Part shown: one piece after another, positions 8,894 to 17,479 of the stretch
Numbering within the stretch: position 1 is the stretch's first letter
Layout: every line of letters begins with the position of its first letter
IMG/VR virus record: IMGVR_UViG_3300043464_001630
Span: 124,001-188,000 of that record
DNA: 64,000 bases
Direction: 5' to 3' (one strand)
Translations under genes and position numbers: made by a program
Notes under the pieces: model-generated
The model's database searches: none
The model's input: the letters and a program-made list of their open reading frames with translations, nothing else
Told to the model about the DNA's origin: nothing

Positions 8894-11128
8894 AGTACGT
8901 TGGCTACTATTTTTATGCTTTGGGTGGCTATTTTTAATGATGACCAAAGAATATTATTAGTAGCAAACAAAGAAAGTACTGCAAAAGAAATCTTTAGAAG
9001 AATTCGAGTCGCCTACGAAGGATTACCAAACTGGCTAAAAGCACCAGTTACTTATTATGGTCTAGAATCTCTCGAATTACAGAACGGATCTCGTATAAGT
9101 ATAACAACAACAACGGGAACCGCAGGTCGTGGTAGTAGTGCGAATCTGTTGTTTGTGGATGAAATGGACTTTATCGAATGCGTAGAAGGGTCAACTACAA
9201 TAAAATTAAAAAACGTAACAACGGGAAAAATAGAAGAAATGTCTATTAAAGACATGCATGATAATAGTAAACATCTATTAAATTTCGATAATTTTCAAAT
9301 ATTATCAGACGATGGCTGGAAATCATTCAAAGGAATAGTAAAGAACGAGAATATTAGATCTGTTAAATTACTATTTGATGATAATACAGAATTAATATGT
9401 AGCGAAGATCATGAGTTATTATCGGATTCTGGAGAATTCATTTTAGCAAAAAAATCAGAAAACACAAAACTAATTTCTGATAAAGGATTTAAATTTGTAA
9501 AGACTGTTTCGGAAAATGGAAAGATAGATGCGTATGATGTTACCGAAGTAGAAGGTAGTAGATATTACACAAATGGGGTGATATCGCACAATTGTAACAT
9601 GCTGTCTGAGTTTTGGTCTTCTGTGTATCCGATTATTTCTTCTTCTAAAAAATCTAAAATCATTGTGGCATCTACTCCAAAAGATACATCAGGTTTATTG
9701 TACAAGCTTTATGATGGTTCAGTAAAAGGAACAAACAACTGGGCACATATGAAAGTACTGTGGAGTGATGTGCCGGGAAGAGATGAAAAATGGAAGAACG
9801 AAACCATATCAGCTCTTGGAGATGTTGGCACTTTCAGGAGAGAATTTGAGTGTGTGACAGGTGAAACTCTCGTCACCATATTAAACAATAACGAGACTAG
9901 TTCAATTACCATCGAAGAATTGTACAAATTAAATAAAAACGGTATAAAAGTTCTAACTCCTTCTGGATTCAAAAATTTCGATGGTATTCAAAAATTAAAA
10001 AAAGAATGCTTAGAATTAGTTCTTAAAACTACATCATTAAAATGTAGCACAAATCACAAAATTTTGACAAAAGGTGGGGATTTCAAATTTTCAAATGAAT
10101 TAACTGTTGGTGAATTCATAAAAACATCTAACGGATATGATGAAATTGTAAAAATACAAGATTCCGGAGTTTTAGATGTATATGATTTGTTGAATGTAGA
10201 AACAAAACAATATTACACTAATGATATTGTATCACATAATTGCACTTTCGATGAGGTAGGCGAATCCGCAATTGATGAAGGTTTATTCGATGATATGCGA
10301 AAATATACAATGGAGCCTATGTATATTTTTGAAAATGGCTGTTATCTTCTCTGGGAGAAACCAAATCCCGACAGACTTTATGTTGCTGGAGTGGATATTG
10401 CAGAAGGAGTCGGAAAAGATGCTACTGTTATTCAGGTATTAGACATTACAGAACCAACAAGAATAAAACAAGTAGCAATTTATCATAACAATAAAATATC
10501 TCCGTCTGAATTCACACCAAAATTACGAGAAATCTTACAACATTGGGGTGATCCATTAGCAATGATCGAGCGTAATGGTTGTGGTGCGCAAGTTGTTGAT
10601 AACTTAAAAAGAGAATTTAGTTATGATAATATAGTAAACTGGGGAATTAATAAAGTCGCGAACAAAAAATCCATGCAACATGGACTAGTTTCGCATACGA
10701 ACACAAAATATACTGGTGTTATGAACCAGAGATATTGGGTGAATACCATGCGTTGCGTACAGATTAATGATATTAATACGGTATTAGACATGAAAGATTT
10801 TATTAGAACTAAATCTGGACATTGGAGTGCTAAAAACGGAGCGAACGATGACAGAGTGATGGCATTGGTATGGGCTCTTATGATTTTACACGAAGATATT
10901 GCTCCGGTCTATTTCGATATCATAGATAAAGACGAATTCGGAAAACCAAAAGTCATAAAATCTGTGGATTATGGAATAAGATATTTCTCTAATCCAACAT
11001 CTATATACACAAATGAAAAAGACGGAATAGGAGGAGATGCCATGCCAATGGTTTTTGGTGGAGATAATTCAGACAACACAGACTTGGACGATCTGATGAA
11101 TCAAGGATGGAAACCATTAAATTATTAA
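8543..11128 (+). CDS. terL: Terminase large subunit, C-terminal fragment: IntC plus exteins with two cis mini-inteins
   Basis: IntC ends ILSHN/S; gp17 motifs LVANKESTAKEI, Walker B LFVDE, ASTP, nuclease GVDIAEGVGKD, IERN, NDDRVMAL. Confidence 0.93.
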   Translation: METKKFIESRKVEDYEIWTDEGWADIQEVHKTIKFDVWTVETENFEIQCADEHIVIGENREEIYVKDLKIGDKIITENGPESVIRVEKLDVEPEHMYDLSIDSENHTFFSNGILSHNSTLATIFMLWVAIFNDDQRILLVANKESTAKEIFRRIRVAYEGLPNWLKAPVTYYGLESLELQNGSRISITTTTGTAGRGSSANLLFVDEMDFIECVEGSTTIKLKNVTTGKIEEMSIKDMHDNSKHLLNFDNFQILSDDGWKSFKGIVKNENIRSVKLLFDDNTELICSEDHELLSDSGEFILAKKSENTKLISDKGFKFVKTVSENGKIDAYDVTEVEGSRYYTNGVISHNCNMLSEFWSSVYPIISSSKKSKIIVASTPKDTSGLLYKLYDGSVKGTNNWAHMKVLWSDVPGRDEKWKNETISALGDVGTFRREFECVTGETLVTILNNNETSSITIEELYKLNKNGIKVLTPSGFKNFDGIQKLKKECLELVLKTTSLKCSTNHKILTKGGDFKFSNELTVGEFIKTSNGYDEIVKIQDSGVLDVYDLLNVETKQYYTNDIVSHNCTFDEVGESAIDEGLFDDMRKYTMEPMYIFENGCYLLWEKPNPDRLYVAGVDIAEGVGKDATVIQVLDITEPTRIKQVAIYHNNKISPSEFTPKLREILQHWGDPLAMIERNGCGAQVVDNLKREFSYDNIVNWGINKVANKKSMQHGLVSHTNTKYTGVMNQRYWVNTMRCVQINDINTVLDMKDFIRTKSGHWSAKNGANDDRVMALVWALMILHEDIAPVYFDIIDKDEFGKPKVIKSVDYGIRYFSNPTSIYTNEKDGIGGDAMPMVFGGDNSDNTDLDDLMNQGWKPLNY
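9179..9592 (+). mobile_element. Cis mini-intein (138 aa) just after Walker B
   Basis: DEMDFIE/CVEGST...CSEDH...AYDVTEV...TNGVISHN/C; no endonuclease domain. Confidence 0.92.
9851..10240 (+). mobile_element. Cis mini-intein (130 aa) at the FRREFE/C motif
   Basis: CVTGET...CSTNH...VYDLLNV...TNDIVSHN/C. Confidence 0.92.
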
Positions 11129-11136
11129 ATAGTTAA

Positions 11137-11712
11137 ATGGGAAATGCATTTGATCAGTCATTATTAAACAAATCTAGGAAAGATAAGTTTGTATTGACTA
11201 TTTTTCTTCCAGAAGCAATTAGAGATTTAAATTCCAAAGAAGATAGAAAAAATTCCAAATTAAATCTAGAGAGTCTTCAAATGTCTATCTACGGAACCGT
11301 TGTTCCAAGAAACGTTATACCACAAGAAGAAGTCAGATATGCAGGAAGTACTGTATATGTTTCGTCACACAATAAACCTTCGTATGATCCAGTAAGTGTA
11401 AATTTCACGATAGATAACGAATTTAAAAATTATTGGGTAATACACAGATGGCTAGAACTGTTAAGAACAGAACGTGGTGGATATTATGAACACCCAGAAG
11501 AATTCAAAAATGTAGGATTAGGACAATATTCCACAGATTTCGTAGTCACCGCAAAAGACGAATATCACAACGATGTTATACAATGGACATATAAATCAGC
11601 TTTTCCGATTTCTTTAGGAGAGATTAATTATAGTTACAGAGATGGAGGAGAAATCGAAACTTCTTTCGAATTTGTATTTAGAAGAATCGAGACAATTTTG
11701 CTACCCTTGTAA
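11137..11712 (+). CDS. Tail tube terminator/completion protein (T4 gp3-like)
   Basis: Tube-fold motifs YDPVSVNFTIDNEFKNYWVIHRW, AFPISLGEI; next to sheath gene. Confidence 0.7.
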   Translation: MGNAFDQSLLNKSRKDKFVLTIFLPEAIRDLNSKEDRKNSKLNLESLQMSIYGTVVPRNVIPQEEVRYAGSTVYVSSHNKPSYDPVSVNFTIDNEFKNYWVIHRWLELLRTERGGYYEHPEEFKNVGLGQYSTDFVVTAKDEYHNDVIQWTYKSAFPISLGEINYSYRDGGEIETSFEFVFRRIETILLPL

Positions 11713-11744
11713 AAAAATTAGTTTAAAAAATACTAAATATCTTT

Positions 11745-14381
11745 ATGGCAAGAAGCATTCAATCTCCCGGAGTAGAAATCTTCGAAAAAGATCTCACGTT
11801 ATCTCCTATTTTACCAGCAGGAACGAATATTTTCATGACAGGCTTTGCAACAAAAGGCCCTTGTGATGAAGTACTACAAATCACCTCTGTTTCTGAATTA
11901 GAGCAAGTATACGGAACACCTACAAATCCTGTAGAACGCTATTTTTACTATGGTGCTCGTCAGATTCTTAACAGTTCTAACGGCAATCTTTTCGTAAGTC
12001 GTATGCCTTATGGTGAAGACGGCGGAGAAGGTTATGGTTCACGTTACGGTGCATTGGTATATCCAGTAGTTTCTGTATCTGAACTTTCTGGGCAAGTAAC
12101 TCGCAACACCAAGCCAATTGCTGCACAATTTTTAGCATTAAACACAGTAGTTACCGAAATTTCAACAAGTCCTACTTTATCAGGTCAATTAAATTCATTG
12201 ACTGCTAATGGTATTCCCGGATATGAAAAATACACAGAAACTGAAGGTGCTTCGTTCGTTACTGGTTTAACTAATTATTACAACGCAAACATTACAGTTC
12301 CTTCTAATAGTGCAGTTGCGGCACAAGCACAAGCACTCACAGGGTTTTTCGTCACTTCAAACGATACCGTAGTATCTACTGATCTCAGTTTATCTGGAGC
12401 TACTTTTGTTCTTGGTGCTCCTAAGTTTTTCGATCTTAATCTAGCACAATATCAATCAGTAATTGATGGTTCTGGATTCACAAACACAAATTCAACTTGG
12501 TCTGCTGCTTCTGATGATGTTAATAATATCAACAGTGTTGCGGATTTCGGTAAAGCTGGTTTGATCGTTGTTAATAAGATTCAATCTACTATTAACAATC
12601 GTTTCGAAGGACATTATGTTGGTATTGCCGATAACACCAACCTTCTAGCTAACACAGATCATACTTCAATTCGTAAAATTTACACCACTGGAAGCAGCGC
12701 AAGTAACGGACTAGTAGTTGGTAGTGGTTATGTCGAAGTTCCTACTTCTAAACTAGCATTTCCTCTTTCTGCAACAACTGATTCCGGAAATAATCGTAAT
12801 TCACGAAGCCTTTCAGAAATTCTAGAAAAAGTATCAGATTCATTCCCTGATATGTCAAGTGATAAGTTTGATGATACTATTTCATTCGGACTATTCAAAC
12901 TTCGTACAAGTCCATACAATCCAGATGCAATTAAACTAGATTTTGCATTCGAAGAAGCACGTACTGGTTCATTTGACTTCTATCGCCAAATCAACAATCA
13001 AAATGGTGGAATTGCAAATACATTCTACATTGAGAACGTAGTAAATTCTTCTAATAACGTAACAACTTTCATCAACAGCTATATTAATGGTAAAAATAGT
13101 GGCACTTGGCTAGATGCAGAAGGAGTACCAACTAAACAAGTACGTGTATTCTCACACAATTCAGTACAAGCATTGAAAGATTCTTTCGAAAGTAATTACG
13201 CTAAGTTTGGTTTCCATGTTAATGACGTAGCAGCAATTGAATCTTCTATGGATTATGCTGATGCATTATTCCCCGCTGGATGTTTCTCTACATTCACTAC
13301 TAATGGCAAATCTATCGGTTCACTTCCATTAAAGATTGATCGTACTCTACGTAAAATAGAAAATGATGAAATTTTCCCCTTAGATCTAGTAGTAGAAGCA
13401 GGTCTAGGAACTGTTTTCGCAACAGCTTGTGCAAATCATACTAGTTTCTACGATGATACTCAAATTTCACAAGGATTAATTGAAGGATTAAGCGCAATGA
13501 CTAAAAATGATCTGATTCCTCCTACAGATGATCGTCATAATGTGCGGGATAACTACAATACTATTTTCCAAATTTTTGCAAACTTCTGCGAAAATCTAAG
13601 AAAAGATTGTTTATTCATTGCAGATCCACTTCGTCAAATTTTCGTTACTGGTGCGAATAGCTTAGTAATGTCAGATACTACTAGGTCATTCTCTCAATAT
13701 ATCTATAACCCACTTCGTCATTTATTCGGTACTGCTAATACAAGTTACGCAACTACATACGGTAACTGGGTTAAAGTTAATGATATGTTTGCTGGTATGA
13801 ATATTTGGGTTCCGTTCTCTCCGTTTGCTGCCGCTGATATGGCAAATGTAGACCAGAATTTTGAGCCTTGGTATGCTCCTGCTGGGTTTATTCGTGGTAA
13901 AGTTACGAATGCATTAGCACTTGCTATCAATCCTAGCCAAAAAAATAGAGATAGTTTGTATAAGGCTTGTATAAACCCGGTTTGCTTCTTTCCTAATGAC
14001 GGTTTTAATATCTTCGGACAGAAGACATTACTACGTCAGCCAAGTGCATTTGATCGTATTAATGTTCGTCGTCTTTTCTTATATTTGGAGAAAGCAACAA
14101 AACGTACTGTTAAATACTTTGTATTCGAACCTAATACAATGTTCACCAGAAATCGCGTAGTTGCGGTATTAGATCCTATTTTCGAAAGGGCAAAAAATAC
14201 ACAAGGTCTATATTCGTATATCATCATTTGCAATGCATCCAACAATACTCCAACGGTAATTGATCAAAATGAACTAGTTGTGGATATTTATTTAAAGCCA
14301 GTACGTTCAGCAGAGTTCATCTTGGTGAACTTCTATGCTACATCAACTGGAGCTAACTTCAGTGAATTGATCGGACAATAA
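11745..14381 (+). CDS. gp18: Tail sheath protein
   Basis: SPGVEIFEKDLT, PWYAPAG, INPV, GQKTL, FDRINVRRLFL, FEPN, KPVRSAEFI. Confidence 0.96.
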   Translation: MARSIQSPGVEIFEKDLTLSPILPAGTNIFMTGFATKGPCDEVLQITSVSELEQVYGTPTNPVERYFYYGARQILNSSNGNLFVSRMPYGEDGGEGYGSRYGALVYPVVSVSELSGQVTRNTKPIAAQFLALNTVVTEISTSPTLSGQLNSLTANGIPGYEKYTETEGASFVTGLTNYYNANITVPSNSAVAAQAQALTGFFVTSNDTVVSTDLSLSGATFVLGAPKFFDLNLAQYQSVIDGSGFTNTNSTWSAASDDVNNINSVADFGKAGLIVVNKIQSTINNRFEGHYVGIADNTNLLANTDHTSIRKIYTTGSSASNGLVVGSGYVEVPTSKLAFPLSATTDSGNNRNSRSLSEILEKVSDSFPDMSSDKFDDTISFGLFKLRTSPYNPDAIKLDFAFEEARTGSFDFYRQINNQNGGIANTFYIENVVNSSNNVTTFINSYINGKNSGTWLDAEGVPTKQVRVFSHNSVQALKDSFESNYAKFGFHVNDVAAIESSMDYADALFPAGCFSTFTTNGKSIGSLPLKIDRTLRKIENDEIFPLDLVVEAGLGTVFATACANHTSFYDDTQISQGLIEGLSAMTKNDLIPPTDDRHNVRDNYNTIFQIFANFCENLRKDCLFIADPLRQIFVTGANSLVMSDTTRSFSQYIYNPLRHLFGTANTSYATTYGNWVKVNDMFAGMNIWVPFSPFAAADMANVDQNFEPWYAPAGFIRGKVTNALALAINPSQKNRDSLYKACINPVCFFPNDGFNIFGQKTLLRQPSAFDRINVRRLFLYLEKATKRTVKYFVFEPNTMFTRNRVVAVLDPIFERAKNTQGLYSYIIICNASNNTPTVIDQNELVVDIYLKPVRSAEFILVNFYATSTGANFSELIGQ

Positions 14382-14402
14382 AAATTAAATTAAAATAGTT
14401 TT

Positions 14403-14436
14403 AAAAAATGCGGAAGTTAATTCTTCCGCATTTTTT
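14403..14436 (+). terminator. Rho-independent terminator after the sheath gene
   Basis: AAAAAATGCGGAAG-TTAATT-CTTCCGCATTTTTT. Confidence 0.88.
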
Positions 14437-14481
14437 GTTTGTAGATATGAATAAAATTCACATAAAATAATAAATAATCAT

Positions 14482-15072
14482 ATGGACGTTCCAAATCAAA
14501 CAATTAATTCATTTTTCACAAGGGCAGTAGTAAATGATTTCGCCCGTGATTTCTTATTTCGTATAGAATCTATTGTTTTTGATCAAGGTGCGGTATTAAG
14601 ACCAGAAGATCTTCTGTATGCAAAAACAGGAAAACTACCAGCACGTAATATCAGTAATCAAACTGTAAAATATGCAGGACAAACATTTAATATTCCCGGT
14701 GCTCATGAATTTCCCGGTTCTGAAGCATATGAAATTGAAATGTATTGTCCAGAAACTTCATCAATTCGTGAATTATTGATGAACGAATCGACAAGAACAT
14801 TTGGTAACGTTTTCGGTGTTGCAGGTAGCGGACAAAATGGTGGATCTATTGCAAACGCAAATTCTATCATGACTCTTATTCAATTAAACAAGAATCTTGA
14901 TGCAATTTATCAATATCGTTTAATTGGTTGTTCAATTCGTAATGTCGGCGAAGTTTCTTACGAAATTGCAGAAGGTGTAGGAGCGGTCAAATCATTTACC
15001 GTTAGTGTTGCTTATCATTTCTTTGATCGTACTTCTTTAACAAATAATATTGTTCCTGCTCTAAATAGGTAG
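14482..15072 (+). CDS. gp19: Tail tube protein
   Basis: Follows sheath; ARDFLFRI, KLPAR, YAGQTFNIPG, FTVSVAY; 196 aa. Confidence 0.8.
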   Translation: MDVPNQTINSFFTRAVVNDFARDFLFRIESIVFDQGAVLRPEDLLYAKTGKLPARNISNQTVKYAGQTFNIPGAHEFPGSEAYEIEMYCPETSSIRELLMNESTRTFGNVFGVAGSGQNGGSIANANSIMTLIQLNKNLDAIYQYRLIGCSIRNVGEVSYEIAEGVGAVKSFTVSVAYHFFDRTSLTNNIVPALNR

Positions 15073-15074
15073 AG

Positions 15075-15794
15075 ATGGCAGTCGTCACTACTAATAGTCT
15101 AGTAAAAAATTTCCTAGATTTGATGGGTAGTTATTGGAATTACAATATTCCTTTAACTACCCAATGGGCATTGGCTATTGTTCCCGATGACTACGACAGA
15201 AATGGTGCAAGAACTTTGTTCGGTATTATAAAAAAATACACACAAGTAGATGCGGATAGATTTTACATACCGGCATCTTTACAGGATCGTTTATTAGATG
15301 AAACAGTACAACCCAAACTAGACGGATTGGGTTTGTATTTCGCACAAGCGGTGAAGATACCCAAAGAATCGTTTTCGATCAACGGTGCAGGTATAGACAC
15401 GATGGGAGGCTATTTAAAGGGGTTTGTGGGTGGAGATAGGTATTCGATGGCAGAAAGAAGTTTAGTGATCGATTTTCTTGATACTAATTTAGATTTTGTG
15501 GACGGTTTGATTAAACCTTGGGTAATTGCCGCGTCTTATAAAGGTTTGATAAATACAGGAACAAGTGATTCAATCAAATGTACAATTGCCATTCAAGAAA
15601 TGAGTAGACAAAAAGACGAACGCAATTTAAAGCCAATACGAAAACAGCATTTTTTCAAAGGATGTGTTCCCATCGAAACATCAGACAAATCATTGAAATA
15701 TGATGCCGAACCATCTGAAGCACCAGTAACTACGGTGACTTGGGCATTTGAAAATTATACCTACAATCTTGACCCAAGTTATTCCACAAGATAA
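15075..15794 (+). CDS. Tube-fold baseplate/tube initiator (gp54-like)
   Basis: Tube-like C-terminus (FKGCVP...VTWAFENY); synteny. Confidence 0.55.
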   Translation: MAVVTTNSLVKNFLDLMGSYWNYNIPLTTQWALAIVPDDYDRNGARTLFGIIKKYTQVDADRFYIPASLQDRLLDETVQPKLDGLGLYFAQAVKIPKESFSINGAGIDTMGGYLKGFVGGDRYSMAERSLVIDFLDTNLDFVDGLIKPWVIAASYKGLINTGTSDSIKCTIAIQEMSRQKDERNLKPIRKQHFFKGCVPIETSDKSLKYDAEPSEAPVTTVTWAFENYTYNLDPSYSTR

Positions 15795-15802
15795 ATCCTT
15801 TT

Positions 15803-16678
15803 ATGGAATTTTCTTCTAAATTATTTCTTCCTATTTTAGGCGAAGAAATAAGATACTTAAATTTAAATAATCACAATTATTTAGATATATTAAAATTTGT
15901 AACAAATAACGACGACGAAGGTTTAATAAATTATTTTAATAATATATTATCTGAAAAAATAGTAAATAAAAATTTAGTAAAAGAATTATCAGTCGTAGAA
16001 AAATTTTTAATATTATTAGATTTAAGATCTATATTACTTGGAGATAAATTACAATTAATTAATAAACAAAATATTAATATAGATTTATCTATATCTTCTA
16101 TAAGAGATAATTTAATTAAAAATATAAGAGATACAGAATTAATAAAGTATATAAATTATAACAACATACAGTTGTCTTTGTCAATACCAAAATCATTCGA
16201 TGTGGAAAATATTGATAAAATTTATAAAGAAATAATTGACAAAATAAAAATAGAAGACGACGATATGTACTTTTATTCTTTGACAGAAGAAGAAAAAGAT
16301 ACTATAATTAGCAATTTACCCGCTAACTTAGCGCAAGAATTATTAGGGTATATTGAATATTGTCAAGAACTTTCTGAAAATATTGATATAATCAAAGGAA
16401 ATGAACGTATAGGATTGGATAGTGTACCATTACGTTTCTTCGATAAGACATTATTTTATTTTTTAAAGAACACTTTCGGTAATGATTTGATGGGATTCTA
16501 CGAATTGCAGTTTAATATGATGTCAAAATTGAACGTATCAAGTGATAATTTCATGAAAATGTCTCCCGCTGAATGTAAAATTTTCATTCAGTTCTACAAT
16601 CAAGACATGAAACGACAAGAAGACGCACAGAAATCTAGTGGTTCTATGCCATCCATGCCGAAAGTCCCCAGATTTTAA
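15803..16678 (+). CDS. Baseplate hub assembly chaperone (gp26-like) with gp51-like C-terminus
   Basis: EKFLILLDLRSILLG (gp26-like); FYELQFNMM...MSPAECKIFI (gp51-like). Confidence 0.55.
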   Translation: MEFSSKLFLPILGEEIRYLNLNNHNYLDILKFVTNNDDEGLINYFNNILSEKIVNKNLVKELSVVEKFLILLDLRSILLGDKLQLINKQNINIDLSISSIRDNLIKNIRDTELIKYINYNNIQLSLSIPKSFDVENIDKIYKEIIDKIKIEDDDMYFYSLTEEEKDTIISNLPANLAQELLGYIEYCQELSENIDIIKGNERIGLDSVPLRFFDKTLFYFLKNTFGNDLMGFYELQFNMMSKLNVSSDNFMKMSPAECKIFIQFYNQDMKRQEDAQKSSGSMPSMPKVPRF

Positions 16679-16712
16679 TTGCAAATCTAGAAAAAAGTGA
16701 TAAATTATAGTC

Positions 16713-17459
16713 ATGAGCGTAACTAGTATTCTTTCTAAACTAAAAGAAATCAATGAATCTGATTTAATTAGTGTTTATGTTCCTTCGTTGAACAAGAATA
16801 TGAAGTTTAAGACTATTTCTGTTAAGCAACAGAAGGATTTGATCAAGAGTGGAATGGACGGAGCACTAGGTGGGATTGTAATTAGCAATGTTATTAATCA
16901 AATTATCATTGATAACTCTACAGAAAAGTACGATTTTCTAGTAGTAGACAAGATTCCAATTGTTTTAGCTCTACGTAGCAAGGCATTCGGTTCTACTTTT
17001 GAATTAAAGACTGAAAATAAAAATGTATTCTTTAACTTAGAAGGTCTTTTGAAGACTCCTCTTAGATTTTCTAATATTAAAAACAAAGAATTGTCTTTCG
17101 AAGAACATAAAATTTCTTTAGAATTGAGTGTTTTGTCATTAGAAGAAGATATCAAGATCAATAATTTTCAGTTAGAAAAATTAAAGAAGGCGAAAGATGA
17201 AGATCTCAGTGAAACTGTGGGTTCTTTGTTTGTTTATGAGATTTTGAAGTTTGTTTCCAAGATCACAGTTGGTTCGGATGAAATCAACATGAAAGAATTT
17301 CCTATTAAAGATCGTTTGACTATTGTGGAAAATCTTCCAGCAACTATTAATAACGAGATTTTAGATTATATTCAAACTTTTAGAAAAGAAGAAATGAGTT
17401 ATATCACAGTTGATGGTGAGTCACTTCCTATTGATGCACGTTTATTCTCAAAAGAATAA
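16713..17459 (+). CDS. Baseplate hub assembly chaperone (second gp26-like)
   Basis: YVPSLNKNMKFKTISVKQQK, DKIPIVLALRSKAFG, VENLP. Confidence 0.6.
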   Translation: MSVTSILSKLKEINESDLISVYVPSLNKNMKFKTISVKQQKDLIKSGMDGALGGIVISNVINQIIIDNSTEKYDFLVVDKIPIVLALRSKAFGSTFELKTENKNVFFNLEGLLKTPLRFSNIKNKELSFEEHKISLELSVLSLEEDIKINNFQLEKLKKAKDEDLSETVGSLFVYEILKFVSKITVGSDEINMKEFPIKDRLTIVENLPATINNEILDYIQTFRKEEMSYITVDGESLPIDARLFSKE

Positions 17460-17479
17460 CTTGATATTAAATATTATGA

